DNA of 64,000 nt from Candidatus Poribacteria bacterium. Its GTDB lineage: Bacteria > Poribacteria > WGA-4E > WGA-3G. Shown here piece by piece: positions 28,193 through 37,790 of this stretch. The stretch lies in the NCBI GenBank assembly GCA_964291315.2, contig OZ219753.1:1248001-1312000 (forward strand), written 5' to 3'. The translations under genes were made by a program, and so were the position numbers. Under the pieces are notes generated by a model. The model did not search any database and had not been told where the DNA came from. It worked only from the letters and a program-made list of their open reading frames with translations. Numbering within the stretch: the first letter of the stretch is position 1; each line of letters opens with the position of its first letter.

Positions 28193-29173
28193 TTATCTCA
28201 AAATGTCTCTTAATAACTCACTGAAACGTCTAAGTTCTGTTGGGGCCAAAGTAAAAACATCTTCAAACGCTTCGACCATTCTTTCCAAATCTTTTTTGCG
28301 AACGTACCAGCCGATACCGTCAACAAATCCCCAAAAGCGTGCCTTGGGATAATGCACCTTAAGAAGTTCTCTAATATTATTTTCAGTTTTTGCTTTATCG
28401 CCTTGTCCTGAGGATGTCGTTGCCAAATATGAGGATTCAATAATAATTTGGGGGTTACTTCGGTTAGGAATAATAAAATCCATCGTGCGTTTTTCTACAA
28501 AAGCATTTGCCTTCAGTTTATCTAGGTCACCATTCTCGAAACTAACCTCCATTTCAGTTAAGACATTTCCGATAACAGCTTCCGGGTTATTCTGATGTTT
28601 TCCTGAGTAAGAACCTTTCTCCTTGTAGCGAACTAGGGTATCAATCATTGCTTCAACTTCAAAGTTAAGCTTGGAAAAACTTAACTTTTTTAATTCAAAG
28701 AGTGGAAGAGTTCTAGATAATATGGGTACCGTTGAACCTTCATAAAGGATATTCACAATACCTTTCCTAAAGCTAGCACACTCTTGAATTTTACTTTGGA
28801 TTTTTGAATCGGACCATTCCGATATAGAAGATTTATCCACTTCTGTTTCCGATAGCCATTGATCGCGGTAGGAAAATTTGGAAAGTTCCTCATCAACAAC
28901 AACACGAATAAAACTCACTAACCTCTTAAAGTACTCATTAGATAAACCTGTTAGTGTCAATAAAGCTTTTAGTCCATTTGTTTTTTCCAAAAGCAGCTTC
29001 TCAATTAACGCTTTGGAAAGACCTTGGTTTTGAATCTGATTTCTCAAAATAAGCAACGTTTCCCTCAAAAGGGTGATATGTGCTTCATATTTTTCCTCAA
29101 ATGTTTTATCTTGGAACCAAAAGGTGTTTTGCGTTAAGACGGTGCTGACCTTTTCGTCGGTAGTTCTCGCCAT
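28193..29173 (-). CDS. Putative Type II restriction endonuclease (DpnII-like PD-(D/E)xK fold)
   Basis: Adjacent to the MTase; MDFIIP..IIIESSY..SSGQGDKAK catalytic-like segment; visibly AT-richer than flanking genes. Confidence 0.65.
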   Translation of the reverse strand: MARTTDEKVSTVLTQNTFWFQDKTFEEKYEAHITLLRETLLILRNQIQNQGLSKALIEKLLLEKTNGLKALLTLTGLSNEYFKRLVSFIRVVVDEELSKFSYRDQWLSETEVDKSSISEWSDSKIQSKIQECASFRKGIVNILYEGSTVPILSRTLPLFELKKLSFSKLNFEVEAMIDTLVRYKEKGSYSGKHQNNPEAVIGNVLTEMEVSFENGDLDKLKANAFVEKRTMDFIIPNRSNPQIIIESSYLATTSSGQGDKAKTENNIRELLKVHYPKARFWGFVDGIGWYVRKKDLERMVEAFEDVFTLAPTELRRFSELLRDILR

Positions 29174-29206
29174 TTTTATTGTCCTTCAACATCAGATGTC
29201 TACATA

Positions 29207-32200
29207 TTAATACCGCGTAATTGTCTCGTGCAAGTTTAATATCACGCGTGCCACAGATGTCCACGCCGCCAATTGCTCCGGCTCAATACCTTCAATCACC
29301 GGCAATTCACCGGCGGTTATCAACGTATTGGCAGCCGCCAGATCCGCAGTATACTCTGCTTGATGCTTCTCATAGAGATGTGTCACAATCTCCAATTCCT
29401 TTGGCTCCGGCAGGCGAGATAACGCGCATTGATACGCCCAGTTGACACGTTCAGCGACAGATTCACCGCCCTCTTGGATAATCCGTGATGCGAAAACGCG
29501 CGCCGCCTCAACGTAGCTGGGGTCATTGAGGAGTGTCAACGCTTGCATCGGCGTGTTAGAGGTTGCCCGCTCAGCGGTACACTCCTGACGACTCGGGGCA
29601 TCAAACGCCATCAAGCTCGGATGTAAGAAGGTGCGCTGCCAATGTGTATAGAGCCCCCGGCGATATTGGGCCTCCCCTGTATCGTGAACGTAGACACGTT
29701 TCGGGAAATTTAGGTTTGAAAAGTATCCCACCGGTTGGTAAGGCTTTACACTTGGTCCCCCTATTTTGGAAACAAGCAGTCCACTCAAGAGCAGGGCATT
29801 GTCCCGAATTGTTTCGGCATCGAGCCGCCAGCGTGACTGACGGGCAATTAGGCGATTGTAAGCATCTTTTTCGTTCAATACCTCATCCGGTTTCGAGGAT
29901 TGACGATAAGCGCTTGAGGTGACAATAAGTTTCACGATATGTTTGACGTTCCAACCGCTGTCCATAAACTCCGAGGCGAGCCAATCTAAGAGTTCAGGGT
30001 GGACCGGTGATTCACCTTGCGCACCCAGATCGTCCAGGACCCGGGACAACCCGGTTCCGAAATAGAGTGCCCACAGACGGTTCACAAAGGCACGAGCTGT
30101 CAACGGGTTTTGCTTCGACACTATCCACTGAGCAAGTTCCAATCGGTTTGGGCGGCGATTTTTGATACCCAAATCACCCAGAAACGCCGGTATCATCGGT
30201 TCGACAATCTCACCCGAATTGTCCATCCAGTTGCCTCTCGGTAACACACGCGTTGTCCGAGGCAGCGTGGATACAGTTGTAAGCGAGTACGGGATATCTG
30301 TTTCAAGTTCAGTTTTTTGTTTTTGTAAGTTTGCAATCTGGTTCCGGATTCCGTCGAGTGCGGGTGTGATACGGCGATACTCGGCTGCAACCCGTTCGCG
30401 CTGAGCTGCTGTCCTGACAGCAGGATCTACCCGGAGTGCATCAATAACTGATTCCGTATGCGTATGTCTTAACGATGAGCCGTGAGTCGTTGCAACCCCA
30501 GCAAGATCCCAATAAGCTGTCCCACCAAATTGAACGAAAGCCATCCCATTCAGAACACTCTCGGGTTCCAATCCAACAACCGCTGGATCCACCTCAAGAC
30601 GGACCCATGCCCCGGTGGTTGGCAGTGGGCCCATTGCCTTATGTGCAGGTGTATCGTTTCCTATTCCGCCAAACTCAATTCTGTCCTCACCCCAAAATGC
30701 GCGGTGGTTCCAAGTGCCGTCATTCCATTGAAGCATAATTGTCTCTGGGGGTGAGGCAGAATCAAGCCAGACATAAGCAAAAAGCCGGTCACTTTCTGCT
30801 AAAGTAAACGTCCGACGTGCAGCACGGAAGCTGTGCTGGACCGTCTGTTCAGGCGCAGCTGTTTGCCGCCGGGATAACAGCTTGCTAAAAACAGGTGCTT
30901 CATTTCTCGCAACGAACGTCCATGTGCCTTCTGTTCTTCCGCCGTTTACTTGGCGGTCGTCTATCCATGCGAAATCGGCAGGATCGGTTGCATCGAGCAG
31001 TGAAAGCACCTCGTTTTCCCACTCCGTCCGTTCAGCTTCCAATCCGGGCGATGATGCTTTGAATAGCTGTTGTAATCTTGTCAATTCTTCGTTAATGTCT
31101 TGGAGCGCTGATTCTTGTGCGGGTGTTGGGAGCATAACAATCGGTTCCCATTTGCTTCTCCCTGCATAAACCCCAGGCCCCTCAACATCGGCAAAAAATG
31201 CCGCAAAACCGTAAAAATCCTCCGCGGTATACGGATCGAATTTGTGGTCATGGCACTGTGCACATCCGAGGGTTGCCCCTAACCACACAGAAGCAGTCGT
31301 GCGGACCCTGTCAGCGGCGTAGATTGCGAGGTATTCCTTCGCCTGCGCGCCGCCCTCAGCAGTCGTCTGATTCAAACGGTTATACCCCGAGGCAACCTTC
31401 TGGGCGACCGTGGCATGTGGTAGGAGATCGCCAGCAAGGTTCTCCACTGTGAACTGATCAAACGGCATATTGTCATTAAACGCTTGGATCACGTAATCCC
31501 TATAGGGCCAGACGCTCACATTTTCGTCAGAGTGGTAGCCGCTTGTATCGGCATAGCGCACTAGATCAAGCCAGTACATCGCCATCTGTTCGCCGTACTG
31601 CGGTTTAGAGAGAAGTCTATTCACTAGTAATTCATAGGTGTCCGGGTTTTCACTCTTTAGAAAACGATCTACCTCAATGGGAGTAGGCAGCAGTCCTGTC
31701 AGATCAAAGTGTAATCGGCGGATAAGCGTCCGTTTGTCTGCTTCTACAGACGGAGCAAGCCCTTCCCTTTCTAACCTTTGGTGGATAAATGCATCAATCG
31801 GGTTACGAACCCATGGCGTGTTTTCAAGCGTAGGCGGGTCAAGCCGTTCAATCGGTTTGTACGCCCAATGTTCTTCCCATTCAGCTCCTTCAGCGATCCA
31901 CTGGATGAGCGTGTTGATCTCTTTTTGTGTTGGCTGCCGATTGGAAATCTGCGGCGGCATTCGCTGGTCAACATCGGCGTGTGTGATGCGTACGACCAGT
32001 TCGCTGTTTTCAGGTTCTCCCGGGACGATGATCGGATAACCACTTGGGGCGGAAAATGCCCCCTCTTTTGTGTCAAGTCGCAGGTCGGCTTGCCGGACCG
32101 CCGGATCGGGCCCGTGGCATGCATAGCATTTATCAGACAGGATTGGTCGGATATCCCTATCAAACTGAAGTTTCTCAGCATAGGCAGGTTCTAGTAGGAT

Positions 32201-32290
32201 AGCAAGTCCTAACAGAAGCGATACAAGCCCCATACAGGGCAGGCAAACCCACTTTGGAAGATTTAAAGATGATAGTTGTGTTTGAGACAT
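29207..32290 (-). CDS. PSD1 / DUF1549-DUF1553 planctomycete cytochrome c domain protein
   Basis: Heme motifs CYACH and CAQCH; WLDLVRYADT; HPELLDWLA; NTPMQALTLLN; start set at ATG 32290. Confidence 0.9.
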   Translation of the reverse strand: MSQTQLSSLNLPKWVCLPCMGLVSLLLGLAILLEPAYAEKLQFDRDIRPILSDKCYACHGPDPAVRQADLRLDTKEGAFSAPSGYPIIVPGEPENSELVVRITHADVDQRMPPQISNRQPTQKEINTLIQWIAEGAEWEEHWAYKPIERLDPPTLENTPWVRNPIDAFIHQRLEREGLAPSVEADKRTLIRRLHFDLTGLLPTPIEVDRFLKSENPDTYELLVNRLLSKPQYGEQMAMYWLDLVRYADTSGYHSDENVSVWPYRDYVIQAFNDNMPFDQFTVENLAGDLLPHATVAQKVASGYNRLNQTTAEGGAQAKEYLAIYAADRVRTTASVWLGATLGCAQCHDHKFDPYTAEDFYGFAAFFADVEGPGVYAGRSKWEPIVMLPTPAQESALQDINEELTRLQQLFKASSPGLEAERTEWENEVLSLLDATDPADFAWIDDRQVNGGRTEGTWTFVARNEAPVFSKLLSRRQTAAPEQTVQHSFRAARRTFTLAESDRLFAYVWLDSASPPETIMLQWNDGTWNHRAFWGEDRIEFGGIGNDTPAHKAMGPLPTTGAWVRLEVDPAVVGLEPESVLNGMAFVQFGGTAYWDLAGVATTHGSSLRHTHTESVIDALRVDPAVRTAAQRERVAAEYRRITPALDGIRNQIANLQKQKTELETDIPYSLTTVSTLPRTTRVLPRGNWMDNSGEIVEPMIPAFLGDLGIKNRRPNRLELAQWIVSKQNPLTARAFVNRLWALYFGTGLSRVLDDLGAQGESPVHPELLDWLASEFMDSGWNVKHIVKLIVTSSAYRQSSKPDEVLNEKDAYNRLIARQSRWRLDAETIRDNALLLSGLLVSKIGGPSVKPYQPVGYFSNLNFPKRVYVHDTGEAQYRRGLYTHWQRTFLHPSLMAFDAPSRQECTAERATSNTPMQALTLLNDPSYVEAARVFASRIIQEGGESVAERVNWAYQCALSRLPEPKELEIVTHLYEKHQAEYTADLAAANTLITAGELPVIEGIEPEQLAAWTSVARVILNLHETITRY

Positions 32291-32399
32291 TATAGAACGT
32301 TTCCTCCATTTCTTTTCTATAGGCAATCCCGCAATGATCGCCCATGCTCAACTCTCTATAGCGATGTAAGTCCTACTATCCTTAAGGATTTTTGACTAT

Positions 32400-32428
32400 A
32401 ATATATCATTAAGACCCAATATGTGCAA
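32400..32428 (-). promoter_or_regulatory. Sigma70-type promoter for the PSD1 operon
   Basis: TTGCAC-17 bp-TATATT on the minus strand. Confidence 0.4.
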
Positions 32429-32529
32429 GCAAAATCTCGCGGTACCCGGTAGTATACAACGGTTATCTATTGCTTGTTATCCGCATGTGGTTAAAATATC
32501 TTTGATGGAATCATTTCCGTCTTTGTTTG

Positions 32530-33288
32530 CTAGTAAAGAGACATCAATTTTTCTGCACCAGGAATGGTTTTCCGTTCAAATTCGGGGGTGATCCAACGTG
32601 CCCCGGAGGGTCTACCGGGATTCCGATAGGCGTAGACCACACACCACCGTGTATTACTATCCGGTTTTCTTGGACTCACTGCATGTGCCGCATGCGTCCA
32701 CATCAAGGCGACTGTGCCGGCAGGTGCGGATAACGTCTCAATCTCAAGCGGTTTTCCGGTCTCTGTGTGCTTTTTCCCCAGGAGCCAACCTTCGCGCAGT
32801 GCTTCGTCCGATGATGCATGAATCTTTGCATCCCGATAGAGATGGCTTCCTGGAACGGTTTTTAAACCGCCATCGTCGGGTTCAAATCCGTTGACATAGA
32901 AAAAGATACGCACAAATCCCAAACTCGGATCATCGTCGGAATACCCGTGGCTATGCCATCCGATACCGCCGTTTCCTCCGGGACGGTTTAGACTCACACA
33001 GTGATCGTATCGTATATCTTCTCCTAAAACCCTCCGCGCGAGCTCAAGCATCTGTGGATGCGCGATTAGGCTTTCAAGGTAACTGTCATACTCTGCAGAA
33101 AACCTGTTAGGTTCATGTCCCTCTTTTGACGTGCAAGAGAGTTCATGAATAGACGAAAGTGCGTTCGTCAATTTTTCTTGGGTATCTGGCGTGAGCAGAC
33201 CGGGCAGAACGAAATGTCCATCGCTATCTAACGTTTTTCGTTCCTTTTCGCCAAATGTATAAGGATGAAAAATCGAGGGGCGTGGCAT
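32530..33288 (-). CDS. PhyH-like dioxygenase with atypical WHSH motif
   Basis: GHFVLPGLL, VPGSH, THAAHAV; start ATG 33288 with AAGGAG. Confidence 0.75.
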   Translation of the reverse strand: MPRPSIFHPYTFGEKERKTLDSDGHFVLPGLLTPDTQEKLTNALSSIHELSCTSKEGHEPNRFSAEYDSYLESLIAHPQMLELARRVLGEDIRYDHCVSLNRPGGNGGIGWHSHGYSDDDPSLGFVRIFFYVNGFEPDDGGLKTVPGSHLYRDAKIHASSDEALREGWLLGKKHTETGKPLEIETLSAPAGTVALMWTHAAHAVSPRKPDSNTRWCVVYAYRNPGRPSGARWITPEFERKTIPGAEKLMSLY

Positions 33289-33356
33289 TGGGAACATCTC
33301 CTTTGTTTGCATAGTATAGTAACGTGAGTTTGAAAAAAGAGTGAGTAGACTCCTTT

Positions 33357-33539
33357 GTAGCATTACCTGTTAGGGTGTGCAGTAATGCTTGTAGCATAGC
33401 CTGTGAGTCTGTGCAAGGGCTCCTTTTATCCAAAGAGGAGCCAAATAATTATTCAAGCTGGCATTATAGTAGATTATTGTAGCATGGTTTCCTATTAGTT
33501 TATACAATAGCGTTTGCAGCATCCTTTGTTAGGGGCTGC
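33357..33539 (+). repeat. Cluster of 24-bp GTAG-type palindromic repeats (33357-33380, 33391-33414, 33516-33539)
   Basis: GTAGCATTACCTGTTAGGGTGTGC, GTAGCATAGCCTGTGAGTCTGTGC, GCAGCATCCTTTGTTAGGGGCTGC. Confidence 0.65.
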
Positions 33540-33566
33540 GATGTACGTCAGATACCTAGGTTACTA

Positions 33567-34340
33567 TCACTTTTTTGCCACAACAGAAAACCCGCTGTCA
33601 TTGCCGGAATGGAAGTCTTGCAGTCTACGTTTTTTATAGAAATCGGAATCTATAAAACCAGCTTCCACAAGACAGCTCCTAAGCTCGTGGGGAGAGAGGT
33701 GCTGCAGAAAAAAATCGCATCTGTAATGTCTCTGTGTCTCTAAATCTATTTTAAACCAACTGCATCTTTCGCCCTTTTTGCCTTCGTCCCATTCAGTCTC
33801 CTGCAGGACGAATACGTTTTCCTTAATCTTGCTCCAAATCGTTATTGGGAGTCCCTTCTTTCGCATCGGTGGATTTGAATGCACAAAGTAAAGCCTGCCA
33901 TTAGGCTTTAGTGCTTTATGGACATGCTTTAGGAGTGACACCAAACGCTCCTTGGATGGATAGAAAAATGCACCTTCAAAAAAAATGACAGAAAACGCTG
34001 CTTCAAAAATCATTTCATTGTAGTCGCCCAAAATAAATTCAATTTCCAAATTTTCGCTATGGGTGAGTCTCCGAGCCTCAGATAGAAAGTTAGACGATAT
34101 GTCCAATCCAACAACGTGATAGCCGCGACGTGCAAATTCGCGCGAATAACTTCCAATTCCGCAGCCTGCCTCTAATATGCTGTCACTTTTAGACAATTGA
34201 AGCGCCTTTTCATAGAAAGGCATCTGCTGTTTTACAAATTCCGGAGAATCAAAATTGTGGCTTGCATGTTCAAGATACCATTTATCATACACTTCATGCC
34301 CAAAATCAGTTCTAAAAAATTTGACAGTCGGCTCGTTCAT
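33567..34340 (-). CDS. Class I SAM-dependent methyltransferase
   Basis: ILEAGCGIG, VVGLDIS, LKPNGRL motifs. Confidence 0.85.
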   Translation of the reverse strand: MNEPTVKFFRTDFGHEVYDKWYLEHASHNFDSPEFVKQQMPFYEKALQLSKSDSILEAGCGIGSYSREFARRGYHVVGLDISSNFLSEARRLTHSENLEIEFILGDYNEMIFEAAFSVIFFEGAFFYPSKERLVSLLKHVHKALKPNGRLYFVHSNPPMRKKGLPITIWSKIKENVFVLQETEWDEGKKGERCSWFKIDLETQRHYRCDFFLQHLSPHELRSCLVEAGFIDSDFYKKRRLQDFHSGNDSGFSVVAKK

Positions 34341-34358
34341 TCTGTTTCCTAATATTTA

Positions 34359-34442
34359 GTAGCAGTCCTTGTTAGGTTTTGCCTTGTAGTAAAGTCTGTT
34401 AGACTGTGCCAGAGATTTACAGCATCCCCTGCTGGCTTGAGC
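34359..34442 (+). repeat. Second cluster of the same 24-bp repeat (34359-34382, 34386-34409, degenerate 34419-34442)
   Basis: GTAGCAGTCCTTGTTAGGTTTTGC, GTAGTAAAGTCTGTTAGACTGTGC, ACAGCATCCCCTGCTGGCTTGAGC. Confidence 0.6.
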
Positions 34443-34696
34443 CATGTAGCAGCATGGTTTCTTTTTAGGACCTGTAATGAAACAGCCAGCGTTTTTAACT
34501 GATACAAATCAAACCACATTCACAGACAAATATCAACGGAATTTCATAAGATTAGCATCTCTTTTTTCGAGTGTCTTAATATGTGTACGCTGCTTGAAGA
34601 ACGCGTGTCGTTGATCTTGAATTTTTTCTGGTATATGCTATTATTGCACAAATACCGAATCAGGTAAATCAAGTTATCAGTCGCGAGGAGAAAACG

Positions 34697-35686
34697 ATGT
34701 CGAATCTTGTAAGCCGGCAAATCTGTCTAAAGAACAAGATCGTCGGTATGCCCAAGGCAGGCGATTTTGAGCTCGTAGAGGTGCCCCTTTCTGAACCTGC
34801 TGAAGGAGAGGTACTGGTCCAAAACCTCTACACATCTGTAGACCCGTATATGCGGGGTACCCTGCGCGGAGTCGAACTCGGCAAGCCGCTTGAAGGCGGT
34901 TGCGCAGGTCAGGTTGTGAAGTCGGAGAGCGATCAGTTCCAAGTGGGCGATTACGTCCTGGGTATGCTCGGGTGGCGGGATCATTACATCGCCCCCGCAG
35001 AAAGTGTGAACGCTGTGGACCTGACGATCGCCCCACTACAGTCTTTCTTAGGTGCAGTCGGTATGCCCGGACTGACCGCCTATTTCGGTTTTTTAGATGT
35101 CGGGCAGCCTAAGGCAGGTGAAACTGTTTTCGTTTCTGCAGCGGCGGGCGCTGTCGGTTCAATAGTGTGCCAAATCGCTAAGATCAAAGACTGCCGAGTC
35201 ATCGCGAGTGCAGGTTCTGATGAAAAAGTCACGTGGCTCCTAGAAACAGCGAAGGTTGACGCGGCTTTTAACTATAAAAAGATCAATGACTTGGAGACTG
35301 AGCTTAGGAAACACTGTCCAAATGGGCTCGATATTTACTTCGAAAACGTCGGGGGCAAACATCTGGAAGCTGCTCTTGCAGTGATGAACATGCATGGACG
35401 TATCCCGCTGTGTGGTATGATCTCTCAATACAACGATATCGAACCAACGCCGGGGCCGACAAACCTCAGTTCTGCTATCGTCAAACGGATTAAACTGCAA
35501 GGGTTCATTGTTACTGACTTCATGGAACGCAACGTCGAATTTTACCGGGACATGCGTCAGTGGATATCTGCAGGAAAGCTACAGTGGGAAGAAACAGTCG
35601 TAGAGGGCTTAGCAAACGCACCAAAGGCGTTTAAGGCACTTTTCACAGGTGAAAAACTGGGCAAAATAGTCGTCAAAATTTCTTAA
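34697..35686 (+). CDS. NADP-dependent oxidoreductase (prostaglandin reductase/CurA-like MDR)
   Basis: SVDPYMR, GMPGLTAYFG, SAAAGAVGS, YFENVGG. Confidence 0.9.
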   Translation: MSNLVSRQICLKNKIVGMPKAGDFELVEVPLSEPAEGEVLVQNLYTSVDPYMRGTLRGVELGKPLEGGCAGQVVKSESDQFQVGDYVLGMLGWRDHYIAPAESVNAVDLTIAPLQSFLGAVGMPGLTAYFGFLDVGQPKAGETVFVSAAAGAVGSIVCQIAKIKDCRVIASAGSDEKVTWLLETAKVDAAFNYKKINDLETELRKHCPNGLDIYFENVGGKHLEAALAVMNMHGRIPLCGMISQYNDIEPTPGPTNLSSAIVKRIKLQGFIVTDFMERNVEFYRDMRQWISAGKLQWEETVVEGLANAPKAFKALFTGEKLGKIVVKIS

Positions 35687-35696
35687 GGAGTTTGCA

Positions 35697-36749
35697 ATGG
35701 AAACTAGAACCGCGCGCGCCACCGTAATGAGTGGCAAAAATTTTGAAATCCGAGAATATCCGATAGTGGATCCAGCCCCTGGCACAGTCCTTGTCCGTCA
35801 AGAATTAGGCGGTATTTGCGGCACTGACCTCCATAACTGGGAATTTCAACATATCAAACATGATATTATCCTCGGACATGAAAACGTAGGTGTGATTGAT
35901 ACCTTAGGCGCAGGGGTCGAAACAGATTACCTCGGAAACCCTGTTAAAGAAGGAGACAGAATCGCCCTCTCACCGAGCGGTGGGCTCGGTTTCTCTCAAG
36001 CAGAGGAAGAACCGTATTTGCGGGGTGGGTTTAGTGAGTACATCTACCTTTCTGACCCGTCAACTAATATGTTTCTTAAAACTGATTTGCCCCCTGAAAT
36101 TGCAGTGCTCGCCGAACCTGCCTCTTGCGCAGCACACTGTGTCTCCCGCGGACAAATCGAATTTGGGGATACAGTGGTGATTCAAGGAACAGGCCCAATC
36201 GGGCTGCTTGCACTCAATTGGGCAAGGGTTTCCGGAGCAGGCCGGCTTATCGTTGTCGGTGGCCCACCGGGAAGACTTGAAATGGCGAAAAGGTTAGGGG
36301 CAGATCTCACTGTCGACATCGCTGAAGTGCCAAACCCGCAAGAACGGAAAAAAATTGTCCATGAAAACACACCCCAAAGCGAAGGCGCAGAGGTCGTCTA
36401 CGAATGCACAGGCTTTCTCGATGCTATTCCCGAGGGATTAGATTATATCAAATACGGCGGAACTTACGTTGTATATGGGCATTTCGTAGATGTCGGATCT
36501 TTTAACTGCAATCCGAATCAGATGCTAATGCGTAAAAACCTAAGATTAGAAGCCGGATGGGGATTTGAAAAAAAGCATTTCCTTCGCGCCATCCCGATGC
36601 TTGAGAAACATGCACATCTCTTTGAAGGGTTTGTCAGCCACATCCTTCCGTTAGAAGATGTCCCTAAAGGCTTCGACGCACTGCATCACAGCTACCACTT
36701 AGACGGGAAAGACGCGATTAAGATCGCCGTTAAAGGCGGGGCTGCCTAA
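35697..36749 (+). CDS. Zinc-binding dehydrogenase (MDR)
   Basis: GICGTD, GHE, QGTGPIG; lacks the four-Cys structural zinc loop. Confidence 0.85.
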   Translation: METRTARATVMSGKNFEIREYPIVDPAPGTVLVRQELGGICGTDLHNWEFQHIKHDIILGHENVGVIDTLGAGVETDYLGNPVKEGDRIALSPSGGLGFSQAEEEPYLRGGFSEYIYLSDPSTNMFLKTDLPPEIAVLAEPASCAAHCVSRGQIEFGDTVVIQGTGPIGLLALNWARVSGAGRLIVVGGPPGRLEMAKRLGADLTVDIAEVPNPQERKKIVHENTPQSEGAEVVYECTGFLDAIPEGLDYIKYGGTYVVYGHFVDVGSFNCNPNQMLMRKNLRLEAGWGFEKKHFLRAIPMLEKHAHLFEGFVSHILPLEDVPKGFDALHHSYHLDGKDAIKIAVKGGAA

Positions 36750-36807
36750 AATGATTGACTGGCGTTCCAAAGAGAGGTGTCGTTAAACACCACGCTTTCG
36801 GTATTAC

Positions 36808-37788
36808 TCATCTAAGCGCGTCTCTCTCGACATCTGCCAAAAAGACGCGCACACCACTTTGCAAGGCGGATCTGTGGACTGCCGCTTCGAAGAGCAGCTC
36901 GTCCCACGCCGCTTCGCCATCTGCAGGAAAAGGGACATCGGCCTGCACCGCTTTAATCACACTGTCAGCCATGCGTCTGAAGGATTTCGGCATTTCTGGA
37001 TCCGTGCTTTCAGCTTCCCAGAGTTCCTCGGGTTCGGAGCCGTATGCTCCTCGGCGGCAATACCACCCCATCAAACCGCGTGCTTCACTGTAAGATTTAT
37101 CGCCAAGAATTTTCACACGGAGCGGATGGTCGTCGTAACCCCACAAGTTCGTACCGCTCAGGGACCCGATGACACCGGTCTCCCAACCAATATGAATAAG
37201 CCGAGACCAACCGCGTGCTTCGTCCGGATTGCCGACAACACTCACCCACTCGGGCATCCCCATCGTCCAGAGAATTTGATCAATGACGTGTGACCAGCAA
37301 TTGAAGTGTGCCCGGGCGTGTACCATCCGAATTTCACCCAATCGATCCTCAGTGACATCATCATGCAGTTTACGAAAATGATGCATGAATCGATAATTGA
37401 AATCAATCCCGAACTCGACGTTAGCGTTACGCCACGTTGTAATAGCGGGCAACGCGATTCTGAGATCCTCTTCACGCAGCCGAGCTTGACCTTCTAATCC
37501 ACAGAGCGGTTTTTCCGTGAATACGTTCCATCCCGCCTCCAGCAATTGTTGCAGCGGCCGGATACGACGGGTCTCATTGACAATCAGCAGCGCAAGCTCG
37601 GCATCACAATTCGCTATAAGCGCCTCGATCGACGAGTACCCGGGAACCCCAAATTTTTCTGCTGCTTTCGCGCGGAGTTCCTCATCCATATCACACACGG
37701 CTACGATCTCCGCGTCCGGATGATTGTGAAAGTTTTTACCGTGCCTCAAGCCCATACCTCTGCCGCTGATAAGTGCACATCTTGTCAT
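36808..37788 (-). CDS. Gfo/Idh/MocA family oxidoreductase
   Basis: N-terminal Rossmann-like segment, EKP motif, FNYRF. Confidence 0.85.
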   Translation of the reverse strand: MTRCALISGRGMGLRHGKNFHNHPDAEIVAVCDMDEELRAKAAEKFGVPGYSSIEALIANCDAELALLIVNETRRIRPLQQLLEAGWNVFTEKPLCGLEGQARLREEDLRIALPAITTWRNANVEFGIDFNYRFMHHFRKLHDDVTEDRLGEIRMVHARAHFNCWSHVIDQILWTMGMPEWVSVVGNPDEARGWSRLIHIGWETGVIGSLSGTNLWGYDDHPLRVKILGDKSYSEARGLMGWYCRRGAYGSEPEELWEAESTDPEMPKSFRRMADSVIKAVQADVPFPADGEAAWDELLFEAAVHRSALQSGVRVFLADVERDALR

Positions 37789-37790
37789 AG

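Noticed and set aside
27176-29206. Target-site duplication at the R-M cassette ends
   Set aside because: Only weak similarity between the junction sequences (TATGTAGACAT vs TATTTGGACAT), not distinguishable from chance.
33357-34461. CRISPR array or integron attC sites (some copies contain GTTRRRY)
   Set aside because: Gaps between adjacent copies are mostly 3-10 nt, repeats are degenerate, no matching RYYYAAC inverse core, and no cas or intI genes.
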